A stretch of 64,000 nt of DNA from the human T2T-CHM13v2.0 reference genome, Homo sapiens. The DNA is taken from NCBI RefSeq assembly GCF_009914755.1, contig NC_060936.1. The stretch is one strand, 5' to 3'. Below the pieces are notes generated by a model, which searched no databases, had not been told where the DNA came from, and saw only the letters and a list, made by a program, of their open reading frames with translations. Each line of letters opens with the position of its first letter. The stretch's first letter is position 1. Both the position numbers and the translations under genes were made by a program. Positions 14,471-27,620 of this stretch are shown piece by piece.

Positions 14471-14489
14471 TTGATTGACTTTATTTGTT

Positions 14490-15175
14490 TTCACCTGGCT
14501 TTATTGAAGTATAATTGATATGCAAAAATCTGCATATCTTTAATGTGTATAATTTGGAGAATTTGGTCATATGGATACACCCGGGAAACCATTACCAGAA
14601 TCAAGGTAATAAAAGTACACATTTTGTCTGGTGTACCTACCTGTAAAGTGACTTACAAGAGTAGTGCTCATTTTGATTTTATTTGTAAAAATATAATTTG
14701 CATACCATATAATTGTCCATCACCTCTAAAAGTTTACCCATGTCCCTTTGGGTTTTTGTTTATTTTTGTGATAAGAATATTTAACATAAGATATACCTTC
14801 TTAACAATTGTTTAAAATTGCACAATATGGTATTGTTAACTGTAGGTACTACATTGTACAACAAATCTCTAGAACATATTCACCTTGCATAACTGAATGT
14901 TTGTATACATTGATTAGCAGCTCTCCATGCCATCCCTCCAAGTCCCCATATCCCACCTACCCTACTAAGCCCCTGGCAACCAACATTCTACTCTCTGCTT
15001 CTATGAGTGTAATTTAGATACCTCATGTGAGTGGAATCAAGTAATATCTGTCCTTCCATAACTGGCTTGTTTCCCTCAGCATTATATCCACCAGATTTAT
15101 CCATGTCATCACATGTGGCAGGATTTTCTTCGTTTTTAATGCTGCACAATATTCAATATTCCATTGATACTATCT
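14490..15175 (-). mobile_element. L1M (MA/MB) 3' end, interrupted by a ~100 bp non-L1 insert at ~14614-14715
   Basis: 'ctttattgaagtataattga', 'aatcaaggtaataaa|insert|tccatcacctc', 'cctggcaaccaacattctactctctgcttctatgag'. Confidence 0.82.
14622..14708 (+). repeat. Unit B copy inside the L1 (other copy at 15380-15460)
   Basis: 'ttttgtctggtgtacctacctgtaaagtgactt...aaaatataattt..ataccat' vs 'ttttatctggtatacttaccagtacagtgactt...aaaatataattt..ataccat'. Confidence 0.85.
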
Positions 15176-15180
15176 ATATT

Positions 15181-15460
15181 ATATTTACTATGTATGTGAT
15201 TATAATTCAGATGATCTTGAATTATTCAATTGTATCTTCAAGGAGGAAATTTAGTAGACTTTTATTCAAAATTAATTGAAGAAATATTGGGTGTTGCGCA
15301 TTGTCCTGGGTGCAGGGAATATAACCATAAAAATTATGCTTTTCAAAAGTATCACTTTTGAATATTGTACTTTGTGACCTTTTATCTGGTATACTTACCA
15401 GTACAGTGACTTCTGAGAGTAATGCTGATTCTGTTTGTTAAAATATAATTTTAATACCAT
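15181..15460 (+). repeat. Unit A copy 2 (15181-15342) followed by unit B (15380-15460)
   Basis: direct similarity to 13441-13598 and 14622-14708. Confidence 0.85.
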
Positions 15461-16984
15461 GATCTCACTGGTTTAAGATAAAACAAAATTTTGTAGGCTG
15501 AAAACCATTCCAAGATAGATTTCTAAATTTGGGGTTAGTAGAGATATATATATGTGTGATATATATGTGTTCAAGTATTTTCAAACCCTTTTTTTTATCA
15601 TCAGTTATCATAGGTTCCTTAACAATGATAATTTATAAGGTTTCAATAATTAAGTCATCTTATTTTTTAAAAATGCATTACTATTATTAAAATCAGGTTT
15701 TCTTCTATTATAAAATACTGTGAGACATATTTGAGACACTGTAAATTTTTAATCCAGCTTATTTTTCAGTTTATGGGAAGTCAAACACAAACAAATACTA
15801 AGAAATATTGTACAGGAAGGCCTGTTAATGATTACCCAGTTTTTAGTCCAATCCTCTCACACTGTGAATAGAAAGTCAATTTGCAGAAATATTTTGCCAT
15901 TAGGCCAGTATAGCAGCTTTTTAATTATTAATGAAGCCTGTCAGATCTTTGAAGAACTGCACAACATCACAGATTTTCTTCTCCTTTGTAGCTGTGCTTG
16001 CTGTCAGAATATATTTAGAAACATTGATGCTTAAGCAAATGTGTAAAACATGTGGTGAAAGTAATGCAGCATAAATGTAAGTTTACCTCAGGGAATGCAA
16101 AACCAGAGTTTTGATGTTTATGCTTAAATATTTAGTACCTGGACCAGCTCTAGGCAGAATTGGTACAGCATATCTTTGGCATTCTCATCTTATTTTAGCT
16201 CCTTTCTATATAGAACCACTGATGTGCTAGGCTTAGGTCTGTGATCTTATACTGACTACTGACTGGCCCAGGACATCTCAACTCTCTCTCTTACTAAAGT
16301 TTCTAACCCAGGCCCTTTTGTCTTCCTTGACTGTAACTTCTCTCCAACTCATCATTTGTCACCTTCAAGTCTTCCCCAAGCTTTAGTTCCTCTGATGCAG
16401 GAAGTAGGTAAGATAATTGCATATAGGCTGTTCTCACCATGGGGAAAAGCCACATTGTATATATGGTCTTGAGATCAGACCAGGAGAGAAGAGAACTCAT
16501 CAGAAACACACTTGGCAAGTGCATTATTTCAGAAGGGGAAAAGTGCATGTCATAAATCAGGGAATGAGTGTGTCTCGCAAGGATCTAAAGGAAAAGCATG
16601 TGTTTTAGATGGCAAAGCTAGAGAGAAATGAATAGAAACATGGTCAGAGAGGGTACAGCAGATTCATCCCAGGACAAATGATAATGGATGACCTTTAGAT
16701 AGGGGTGAAGGGTCCAACTCAAGGCCAATCTAGCAGACATTGGGCTCTGGCTCCTAGTATCTTTTCAGGCAAATTTATGGGTATTTTTACACATTCTGAG
16801 CCTTAAAGTGGCAGGCTTCTGCTTAAAATCTAGTACATAATCTACATAATAATTAGTTGGTTTTAGAAATGTATCTGTATTAGATAATGATGAAAGAAGA
16901 TACAAATTATCAGCTATCTCTACTGATCACTCAAATCTTCCAGGACCCTCCTGAGCCTTTCTTGTACCATTTCCTTACTGAAAT

Positions 16985-17245
16985 TGTAATAATAGCTAAT
17001 GCTTATTTAGTGCTTAGTATGGCAGTGCTTGATTTAAGTGCTTTATATGTATTAACTCATTTTATCCGCACAAATACCCTCTGATGTAGGGATGTAGGGA
17101 TAATTATTATCTGCATTTCAGGTGAGATAACTGAAGCTTAGACAGGGGAAGTGACATGCCCAGGGTCATCAGCTGATGAGTGGCAGAGTTAGGATTTGAA
17201 ACTAAGTACTGTGGTTTCAAAGCTCATGTACTTTACAATTGCTAA
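16985..17245 (-). mobile_element. MIR (near full length)
   Basis: 'aatagctaatgcttatttagtgctta...aactgaagcttagacaggggaagtgacatgcccagggtca...ggatttgaaac'. Confidence 0.85.
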
Positions 17246-17884
17246 GCTACAGTCTGAACTAATGCTTCTCCCTTTTATAACCAAAAGAAAGTATATATGA
17301 TGGGGGAAATCCAGACTGAATATAAGGGAAGGTTATAACCATTTTTTATTTTCACACTGGCAGGACGCTTTCTTACAAGCACTAAAGCAAACCTTGTAGG
17401 CCTCCTTGAACTTTTGAAGAGACTCTGTGAGCAAAGGCATCATATCATAAAGGCTGAGATCATTTCAGAAGTAATGGGACTTCAATGTAGTAGGAGCATG
17501 TGGTGCATAGTAAGGAGTGGTAAGAAGTAAGAAGGATTTCAAACATGTACCTATGTCAAGCTGAGGGATTTGTATTGTACTTGGTAGATAGTAGGAAACT
17601 TTCAGAAGTTTTGATGCAGAGGAGTCAAAAGACATGTTTTATAGAAGATTATACCTTAGGCTCCTGAAGAATAGACTGTGTCTTGAGGGGCATTGCTTAT
17701 GAGACATAGAAAATTCTAAGCCAGGGACTTTGGGAGCTAGGGCTTAAGCAGTATCCATGCAATTGGACAAAAGAAATGGATTTGAGAGCTTTTTCTCAGG
17801 TAGAATTGACAAGATTAATAAGTGATTGAAGGTAGGGGATGAAGTTTTGTGAGGAACAATGCCTTTGAAATTCTGGCTTTTTTA

Positions 17885-18230
17885 GCTGCTGTACCAAAGA
17901 TCCAATTTAACTGTCATATTTTAAATAGTCTAGTTTAAACAAGGCAGAAGTTTATTTCTCTGTCAGCCAAACACTGCAGGTTTAGCAAACTATGGATAAT
18001 AGGGAGTTCTGCAGTGTTGCAGAGAGGAAGGAGCAAATGTGAGAAGAAACATGATCTGGTAGTTTTTGCTCACATTCTATTGGCTACAATTTAGTCACAT
18101 AGCCATTTCTAGGAGTAGGACAGTCTGGGAATTATAGTCTCCAGTCTGGATGGCAATGTACCCAGCTAAAACTTGGAAATTGAATTATTAAAGAGAGGGC
18201 AAATGAATATCAAGGTAGCAGTTCAGCTAC
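17885..18230 (-). mobile_element. MLT1 (J/K-like) MaLR LTR fragment inserted in L2
   Basis: 'tttaaacaaggcagaagtttatttctct', 'gctcacattctattggctacaatttagtcacatagcca', 'ctgggaattatagtct'. Confidence 0.55.
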
Positions 18231-18582
18231 AGACTGTCTGATGACCACACTAACAGAGATCTGAGATGGAGGAGGTAGAACAGATTTAGAGACATGGTGA
18301 TATAATGAGTTCCATTTTAGATATATTAAATTTGAAGTTTTTGTCAGACCACTTGATAGCTATGTCCAATAGGTTGTTTGAAAAAGGATTTTGGTTGTGA
18401 TAGAGAAATAGATTTGACAGCCATCAGCAATTTGAAGCTATGTCCAATGAACTAAAGAGGGGATTAATAGCAGAGATCTAAAGGATAACATTGGGAGGAA
18501 TGCTAGGAAATAGGTGCAGAGAGCCAATAAAAAATGTTGTAAAGAGAGCAGAGGGGGAGATGGGCAGACAGATAGGGGGGAA

Positions 18583-18970
18583 TGTGTTAGGATTCTCCTT
18601 CTAAGTTTTGGACCCGATTTCACTACTCTACTCCCATAATAGCAGTCTTTAACTTCATGGCATAAATTACCATGCCCATAAAAGTGAGTCCACTCTCAGC
18701 CTCCTACCTGTCAGAAGACAACTTCCCAATTCCCCAAGGGTCTAATCACAATAACCTTCAAATATATCTTTGATCTACAGCTCACTTTATTCATGGGAAT
18801 CAAAGACCCCATGCAACAGGGAATTCCAAGAAATTGTGAAGCTCTTGCCCTTAATTCAGAGAATTGAATGATATACTCTCCCTCAGTTTCTTGCTGTAAT
18901 TCACCACTTAGCATCTCTAAACACAGCCAACCCTGGCAGGGAGTATAAGCATGCTATCTTGACATTACCT
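18583..18970. mobile_element. Probable old LTR (family not assigned) interrupting L2
   Basis: abrupt compositional change starting 'tgttaggattc'; L2 sequence resumes downstream. Confidence 0.3.
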
Positions 18971-19196
18971 TTTGTTATTCTTCTCTCTAGTCGTTCTTAT
19001 TAAGGGAATGGTAAAAACAATGTTGGGTGCACCCTGAACCTTCTGATGATGTCCATGTTGACTTTCAAGGATGGAGACTTTAGAATTGACTCAGAGGTGT
19101 GCCCTTAGGTTTACCCATAAGCACGACAATTCATGCTCTTTGGTATGTGGAAACTAAGAAGTGAGTGTTCAGAAGTAATAAGTAATAAAGAGAGAG

Positions 19197-19580
19197 CAAA
19201 TAAGGTAATAACTAAGATTAGGGGCTGCAGTATGACATGAATGAACTCTTTGGTGATCTCATCAAAAGACATTTTAATACACTGGTATAAGTAGGAGCCA
19301 GAGGATCATAACTTGTGGAATAATACACCTTGATCTATGGATTAATAAAAATTGAGTAAGTGAAGTCAGAAAATGTAGATCTGCTTTCAAATAAGGTAAT
19401 AACTAAGATTAGGGCCTGCAGTATGACATGAGTGAACTCTTTGGTGATCTCATCAAAAGACATTTTAGTACACTGGTATAAGTAGAAGCCAGAGGATCAT
19501 AATTTGTGGAATAATGCACCTTGATCTATGGATTAATAAAAATTGAGTAAGTGAAGTCAGAAGATGTAGATCTGCTTTCA
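19197..19580 (+). repeat. 191-bp head-to-tail tandem duplication (19197-19387 / 19388-19578)
   Basis: ungapped alignment, 7 mismatches in 191 bp; 'ca' microhomology at the junction. Confidence 0.97.
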
Positions 19581-19800
19581 GGTACTTTGATGAGCAGAAG
19601 CTGGATGGATCGTCATGATGAAGGGAGAGGCAGGATTGAACCTTGAATTGTGGGTGGATCGATAATGAATTATATTCTTCCTCCTTCTCTCATTCTTCCT
19701 TCCCTCCTCTCTCCTTTCCTTCCTTTAAATATGCTTATAGGCTGAGGGAAAGAAGCCGGTACAAAGGGAGATGCTTAAGTTATAGGAGGGAGATATGTAA

Positions 19801-19843
19801 TGACGAAGTCCTCATACAAAATTGACGAAGTCCTCATACAAAA
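19801..19843 (+). repeat. 22-bp period tandem duplication
   Basis: tgacgaagtcctcatacaaaa at 19801 and 19823. Confidence 0.95.
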
Positions 19844-21626
19844 GCTAGAAGCAAAGGGTATAAGTAAAGAGTCTGTATTGGATAAATTTAGAGGTGGAGT
19901 TTGCAGAGACAGGTTTGGAGAGTTCTTGGTTGATATTCTATTTTTATTTCTGAATCAGAAAGCTGATGTATCAACTGAGAATAATGTGATCAGTGGAGTG
20001 AAGGACTTAAGAGTGACAGGCTGCAAAGAGAAACATGAAAAGAAACTCACTAAGGATAAATATGATGAGGGCAGAGCAGTGCCAAGACCCAGATGGAGTC
20101 AGAAACCATCAATCATACCACCAATCTGCATAGACAATTTTCTTCAACAATTGCAGTTTCAAGCATTCAGGACAGACTGGATACTTTTTTTTCTAGGGTG
20201 AAAGGATCAGTGAGTGTAGCAGAAAGACAAAAGAAAATTGAATCAAGAATGCTGGAAGAATTGATCTAGGAAAGTAAGTGTAGTTGTAATGAAAATGAAA
20301 AAGTAATAGGAACAAAAAGAGGATTAACATTCTCAGAAAGATGAAGAACATTTAAAATCATGTATAGAGATACCTTAATAAAACTATGACACAGAACCTA
20401 GACCAGGGTCTGGCACAGAGCAGCCATAAATATTTTATATATAAGTAATTATTATTTTCCTGCTAGGAACCATAAATTAAATCTTATGTAGTTTTTTTTT
20501 TGGGAGGGTGCATTTGGGAAAAAATATTTCTTTAGAATGCAGTTGAGATACAAATTGGGCACTGAACTGTAGGTTTCTTTTTTGTGATGACTTTCCTTCC
20601 TTTGAGTGTCTAGAAAGCTGTTTATGTCAGCTGGTGCTCGTATAATGCTCAGTTCATTTCTGTTTCTTGTGCCCTTATTTAGATAGCCAAATTTAAATGG
20701 TGCTTTTTCGTAAAGTTCCAATTAGGTTGGGGATATTTAGGTAGCTTAAGATTTAATCACTGTCTGCATAGAACTGTACTTTTGTGTTAACACTACATTG
20801 TTTGAAAAAACTAAACTTCCTTCCATTAAACTCTAAACAAAAACAAATGGAACACTGCAAAATGGTTTGCTTTAGACTACATGTTGCCATTCTTCATTCA
20901 ACACTTACTGAGAGTCTAGTATTTAAATCAAGCTTAAATTATGAAGGATGGACTGAGGATTCAATACCAAGGGGACAGGAGAAAAGGGGCTATATCTTGA
21001 TTCATGATGAGTCATTCCAAAAGCACTTGAATTGTCTATGCTGTAGAAATGTCCCTTAGCTACAGCAATTCTAAATAATATAAGATAAAATAAAATCATG
21101 CCTTGCAAAATGCCCTGCAATCATTCATTCAATCATCTCAATAAAGCTTCTATACTCTCAGTTTACTCTTCTGTAAAATGGAAAAATCATCCCCACAAAG
21201 TATTATAGGTATTATAATTATGAGAATCAATAGCACCTGCCCGATCATAATCTCCTCTAATTACCTATAAATATAAGGTCCTTTGCCCACTTTTCTTTAT
21301 ATGAGAAGGTTCAACCAATTGGTTATCATTATATTTTTTTCTCAATGACTAAAAGTTGGGGAACAAAGCTCCAGGCCATTTAGTTGTATTTGTTCAAACC
21401 CAAGTAAGAAGAAATATAACAGTTCTTTATTTCAACACATTAATGTGTGTTGGAACTTCTTTAACCTGTTATTTTGCTCTTTAAGATTAAAGATAACTTG
21501 TATTGAGAATTCTTTAATGTGTTCATTTTGTCCTGTAAGATTAAAGATATAATCTTTTCTTAGAGGGAAGTGCACAAAATAATCATACTTCTTGGATCTT
21601 TGATTGTAGTAAAAGAGTACATCCTA

Positions 21627-21781
<155 letters not shown>

Positions 21782-22399
21782 GCACACCCTAGAATAATGG
21801 CATTAACTGGCATTTGTCTTAAGTTCTTTATAATCTTTGCCTTGCCTTGCTTTCATATTCTTTATTGCATGCGATTCCACAGGGAACATTTTGCATATAC
21901 AGGAATATATTTTAACATACAACCACTATTTTACTACCTTGGTTTTTTAAGACAGCAGTTAATTTTTCCCTCCCAGAATTTGTTGAGTTTCAGGTCTCTA
22001 GAGATACCGTCTGAAAAACCTCATAGGTAAAAATGAGCACTTGGTAATGGCTTAAGAGTTAATATTTTGTGTTTTGTCTAATGGAAAGTCTTTATCGTGA
22101 CACACAAGAAATGACAATTCTTGTTTCAAGAATAAGTTGGTTATTTCAATCAAGTGGCTCAATGCTGGGTGAGAATATTAGTGTTTGCCATTTAAGCCAC
22201 AGTCATTTAATGCTGAATGCGAAGGAACAAACCATGCTATTAACTGGCCAATGGTTATATATAAAATAATGGTGTAGCTTAGCCTCACTTGTTATAGTTT
22301 TTTAAACTTGTTTTTGTTGTGCTGATTTAGGTGCCACTATTTCATCATGTCTCATTATCCTCTGTTTATCCTTCTTAGTTAATTATCACACTATATTGA

Positions 22400-22530
22400 T
22401 TTAGTCTGTTAGCTTTTTTAACTTTTCTGCTACAATGTGAGTAACTTCAGGACAGAAATTATGACTCACTCTGCTGCAGTCCTAGAACCTTGCACATAGT
22501 ATGAGCTCAATAAATATTTACTGAGTTCAT
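22400..22530 (+). mobile_element. L2 3' end
   Basis: 'cctagaaccttgcacatagtatgagctcaataaatatttactga'. Confidence 0.6.
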
Positions 22531-22544
22531 CTGTTATATGTATA

Positions 22545-22955
22545 TGTATGTTAGTTTCAGGTAGAGGAAAACCCCATGAGAAATGTCTTCAACAATAAAA
22601 GAATTTGATGCAATCATTTAGGCTTGCTTTGATGAAGACTCCCATCATATTTTCTACAGTGCATTTAGTTCTTTACATCACATGTCAAAACTTCAACCTT
22701 ATGCTGGCTTCCCTTAAGGGAGCAAAATGGCTGTAATCCGTTAGAGCAAGAGAATCTATGTCCCAAACTTCTAGGAACAGTCTTGAAACCCACTTCGATT
22801 GCATTCCTTTAGGTCATAAGCCCTTCTTGAACATTAGTGGTCAAGGTATAGAATATGTTGATTGACTTTGCTGAGATTATGTGTTCTACTCCTGAAAACT
22901 GATTGGATTCAGGAGACAAATAAATTCGAGGAAGCAATGAAAAACATTCACTATA
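22545..22955 (-). mobile_element. MLT1 (K/L-like) LTR, degraded
   Basis: 'ttaggtcataagcccttcttgaac...tggtcaagg...atatgttgattgac' resembles old MaLR LTR. Confidence 0.4.
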
Positions 22956-23689
22956 ATTAATGAATGGAATTCTGAGCCTCTAGTACATTTTAATAAAGTG
23001 TATGTATAGAAATGAGACTACATTCTTTCAAAGTTTTCTTAAAGACGTCTGAAAAATACTGCCCTTTAATAGTTCAAAAATACTCTCACACATTTATGTA
23101 AGAATTTTCAAATCTGTTGGTAATAACACTGGCTGTGTACAATTAGCCAAAGTTCAAGAGTTACCTATGGAAAAGTTATAATGGGCAGTTTTATCTACGC
23201 TATAATTTAGGAAGAATCTTCTACTACCCTAGACCCTACCGGGCTATCCCCTTAACTCAATGAGGAATTTTAGTCTCAACAAGGGATGCACTTTCTTTTG
23301 ATAATGGGAAGATGACTGAACAACTGGATAAGGAAAAGCAAACATGGAAAAGACAAAATAAAGGGAATCAAAATTTTCAGATCCAAAATTTTTGCCTAGA
23401 GCTATCCCTGATGTTTTTGACATCTTTAAAACTTGAATTTTTGTGTGTGCATTTACATTTTGAAAGGAGATGGACGTTTCTTAAATTGCCTAAGAGAGGG
23501 GATTGTAGCCAGGTAGCCAAAACCAGTATGGTGGGGTGGTGCTGATTGTGTATAAAACTCAAGTTATCTTGTAGAATGTCTAATTATCAAGCATTCAATC
23601 CCAATTGCAACCTTATTTTCTTCTGTCTTAACCCCATACCATTTCTATTGTCTGATCCATTCTCCTCTTAATCCCAGACTGCCTTGCAA

Positions 23690-23845
23690 AATCATTTAAC
23701 TGTTTTCATTTGCATGTCTTGTCTCCTTACACAGAATGTAAACATTTTGAGAACAAGAACTGTGTCTTATCTTCCTTTGGAATTAGCCCCAGCATTTTGT
23801 AAAGTTGCCCCGTAAATAATTGGTGCCGAATAAATGTTTATGGGG
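23690..23845 (+). mobile_element. L2 3' end
   Basis: 'tgtcttgtctcc...agaatgtaaacattttgagaacaagaactgtgtctt...gtgccgaataaatgttt'. Confidence 0.6.
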
Positions 23846-24724
23846 ATTAAATCAAATGATCTATTATTTCACAGTGATTTGTACAAAGGTGGTTGAACTA
23901 TAATGATGTGAAAGTGTAACTTCTTTTTGCTGAGAAACATATTAAAACTTAAATATTGACAAGCAAAGTAAAAGATCCAATAAGAAATGAGACTTGAAAG
24001 ACTTTCAAAGGGAATAGAACCATTTGAAAGGTTTTCACTGCTTTTCTAATGCCAGATTTCTAATGATTTCCAAATACATGTAAGGAAGAAACTTTATGGG
24101 TATGTCACTGCATTTATATTACTTCCATAAAATCCATAAAATTGTCAAGATATGGACATACTGTAATGTTATTCAAACATTCTTCTTAAACAGATCCAGG
24201 AAAATGAGGAAAGATGTGCAATCTCATTATTGTTCCCATATTTGTTGTTGTAAACAATGAAGTCCTTGTCTTTTGTGAACTGTCAGCTTAGAATGTTCTG
24301 CCAAAAACCTTCTAAAGCAAGTCCTTAGTAGAATTAATCACAAGTGTCAGTTGAGACAGTATTATCCTCTGCATGTAATTTAAGCAGACTGTTATATCCT
24401 ATGTGCAAAATATTTGCTTTATTTTAGATATGGAGTTGGGCCATAACAAGATGCTAATAAGAGAATGAGAATCTTCTGGTCTTACTGAGGCTCAAAATGC
24501 TAAGCAGCTGAGGTCACACCTTCTTATATGCAGTAAAAATATTTTCTAGGTCTATAGCCTAATTTGTCCAAGCTGGTAGCAATATTTCCTCAGCTGCATA
24601 GATCCAAGGATTTTAGAATGAACTGGGAGTTCTCTATTTTAAGTCTCTTCATCTGGTCATTTGTCAAGTCCCATCAATCCTCCCTTTGAAAATCTTGGCT
24701 GTATTTTTTTCTGGCATGCAGTGT

Positions 24725-24880
24725 GACACAGGAGAACTACCCCTAGACTGGGAGTCAGAGAGTCTGGCTTTCGTTTAGCTTTTTCTCCAGGCATTTGTAT
24801 GACCTCCATCAAGTCACCTAACATTTATTGGCCTCAGTTTCCCCATTTTCAAGGTTCTTCCAGATCACATTCTGTGATTT
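24725..24880 (+). mobile_element. MIR fragment
   Basis: 'tagactgggagtcagagagtctggct...tatgacctcc..caagtcacctaac...ggcctcagtttcccca'. Confidence 0.6.
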
Positions 24881-25436
24881 TTCCTGAAAACATATTTTTA
24901 ATATACATACATAGAAGTGGTAATCACATTTTTATTTGGTGTCCCTACCTGATTCTCTGCCTTCTAATACAGGACCTCTGACCACTGGCATATAAATATT
25001 TTGGAAACATTGCTTTATCTGCTTCCAAATCTTGCAATACTATTTATGTTCTGGTAATCCTTTGAGTTTCACACAGATGATTTGTGTACAATTCTATGCA
25101 TGGGTGTCATGCTTCAATTAAAGAATCAAAACCAAAACCAAAAAACTCTTAAATGCTTTCAGTGGCCTCCCGCTGAAATCTGATACATCAGACTTGCATT
25201 TAAGGCCCCCTCAACAACCTGGCATCACTTTAAATTCCCATTTAAGCTCCTACAACTCCAGTAGTTCCAGAGCCTGGCTACAAAGCAATATTACCTGGAG
25301 AATTTTTTTCTATGGATTAAGAGACATCAAATGTGGAACGGAAAATTTCTTTTATTCCTTCTAGTTGATTCTGATGCTGCTAATCCACTGTTAAATGTTT
25401 GAAGAGCATTGTATCTACCTCAGTATGTCTTTATGA

Positions 25437-25625
25437 CAGTGATGCTTAAACTTCTGTCCACATGATAATGACCCAGAAGGATTATTAAAAGTTAGCTTAT
25501 AGGGCCCGATCCCTGAGTTGCTGATTTAATAAGTTAGAGATGGGGCCTGAGAATTTGCATTTTGAACAACTTCCCAGGTGATGTTGATGCTGTTGGTCTG
25601 CAGAACACACTTTGGGAACCACTAG
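25437..25625 (-). mobile_element. MER5A hAT MITE
   Basis: 'tggggcctgagaatttgcattt..aacaacttcccaggtgatgttgatgctg..ggtc...cacactttgggaaccact'. Confidence 0.87.
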
Positions 25626-27409
25626 TTTATGCCAGTATCTTTCCCTGAGTGACAAGTTGTAATCATCTTTACCTACCAACATGTGAACCATCATTCAGAT
25701 ACTGCCTTCACAAGGCAATCCTCAAGGTCTCAGGAGCTCTCTGCTCAGGATGCTGCTTGACACTTTATTTAGGCCTTTCTTATCATATTATCACATACTT
25801 TAAACAAAGTTAGATTTGTAAGCTCCTTGAGCCCTTATTTCATTTCCCATACAATATCATATCCCCACTTCTGTGGGCCAATGATTAGTACAATCATTGG
25901 GGAAGTTCAATATACATTTTTGAATGAACGTCAACCACAGGAAAATTTATTCTTTCCTAGTCTTTTTGATATTTTACTCATGGCCTTACATTTCCTTTTT
26001 CAATGTATTTTTGTTTAATCTCACAAGGCGTTCTTGAATAGTCATTGTTTAAAATTTTAGAAGGCTGCCAAATACTATTTTCAGGAGGATAAATGATGCT
26101 ATTGAACTATTGGTTTCTGAGATATGCTAATACTTGCCTACCTTCTTTGAAAAATGCTCTTTTCTTAGTCACTCTTAATTAACCTCAAGTGCTGTCATGT
26201 AGAAAACATTTGTCGAAGTTATCTTCCTGCCGTGTCTCTGATATATATACATTTAAGTACACCTTTTACTTAATCTTTATGTCCTCTTTGTCAGGTATCT
26301 GTGTGGATAAGTGCCTTTGGTAGTATATGGCATTTTGTTCAATTTGTTTGCTAATGGGCAAATAAATAGAAAGCAGCTACTCTGGTTCCCTCAGAACCAG
26401 AACTGCAATGTTGAAAGAGATGTGTCAGTTTGTGGAATTCATCCCATTTCTCATTTATAGATACGTAGACAAGCCATGTACATTCAGACTTGTGCTGGTT
26501 GCACACAGATAGACGTGGTCACAGAGCTGTAATTCTGTGGTTAAGATCTAATTCTAGAGACCTGGAATCAGCTGGACTCCATTTATTGACACTCAGAATT
26601 TCAAAGAACATTTCATATGTGACTGAACTATGAGGCTTTCTGTGTCCCCACAGCACTGAAAGAAGCAAAGTTCTGCTGAGTAGGCTGCAAATGAAAGTGA
26701 GCCTGGTCTCCATGTACAAAGAGAAGCAAAGCAGCTCTTTTTTTGCCTTTTTATTTGCAAAGAGATATTTTAAGAGTCCGTGTATGTTTGATGAAGATGT
26801 GTGTGATTGATAAACTTTGAGAAATAAAATAGACAAGAAAATAGAGTAAGAGAGAAGTAAAAACTAAACCTTTGGGAATACAGGATGTCCAATCTTCAGA
26901 TAATATTGAAAACCTCCATTAGAAAAAAAAAAAACCTATTAGAAAAAAAAACTGTTTAGCTCTGCTTAATAGTTACATTTATGTTTGCTAATTTTGAGTG
27001 TTTAATAATATATATTTTATTCATTTGAAATGCCAATGTAAAAAAAGATGAGTTTAGTTTTATATCTAATAAGCCACATCAGAGAGTAAAAACAAAATTA
27101 TGTTAACTAGGGCACTCTGTAAGTCAGTGCTTCCTAGCAAAATCTCCATCCTGACAAGCAATTTTGTTTTCTAATTTTCTATTTATTTTACTGGACCATT
27201 TTGTTTATCTTTTCTTGTTGTCAGAAAGCTTTTCCTTGAGTTGGAAAAAAATTAGTTGCAAGGCCTAGATTTTTATGTCTTCACTTTCTGGAAAAAAAGA
27301 AATTATAATTTCAAGTGAGTTTGGTGAGGACAGGCGAAATATTGATACATTAAATGTAAATACTAGCTATTTTTTCTCCTATAAAATATTTTCTTAAAAT
27401 ATTTTAAAA

Positions 27410-27620
27410 CCAATTTTTATTTCAAAAGAAATATGTGCACACAGTAGAAAATTCAAATGCATAAAAAATATAAAATGAAGTCTTTCAGAAATTTCTTCTC
27501 AATCACCAGTTCTACTCCCTAGAAGCAACTATAGTTAACAGGCCCTTATGTATCCTTAAATAATTATAATCTATTTATATATGTCAGAAATAGAATCATG
27601 CTATATATATATAACACAGT
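27410..27620 (-). mobile_element. L1ME 3' end fragment
   Basis: 'tagaaaattcaaa...ctccctagaagcaactatagttaaca...tgtatcctt'. Confidence 0.5.

Larger units (their letters stand above)
17420..20300 (-). mobile_element. Long degraded L2 LINE, interrupted by LTR fragments and a tandem duplication
   Basis: antisense L2 motifs: 'ggtagaattgacaaga...gattgaaggtagggga', 'aatgagttccattttagatatattaaatttgaag', 'tggtgatctcatcaaaagacatttt'. Confidence 0.62.
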
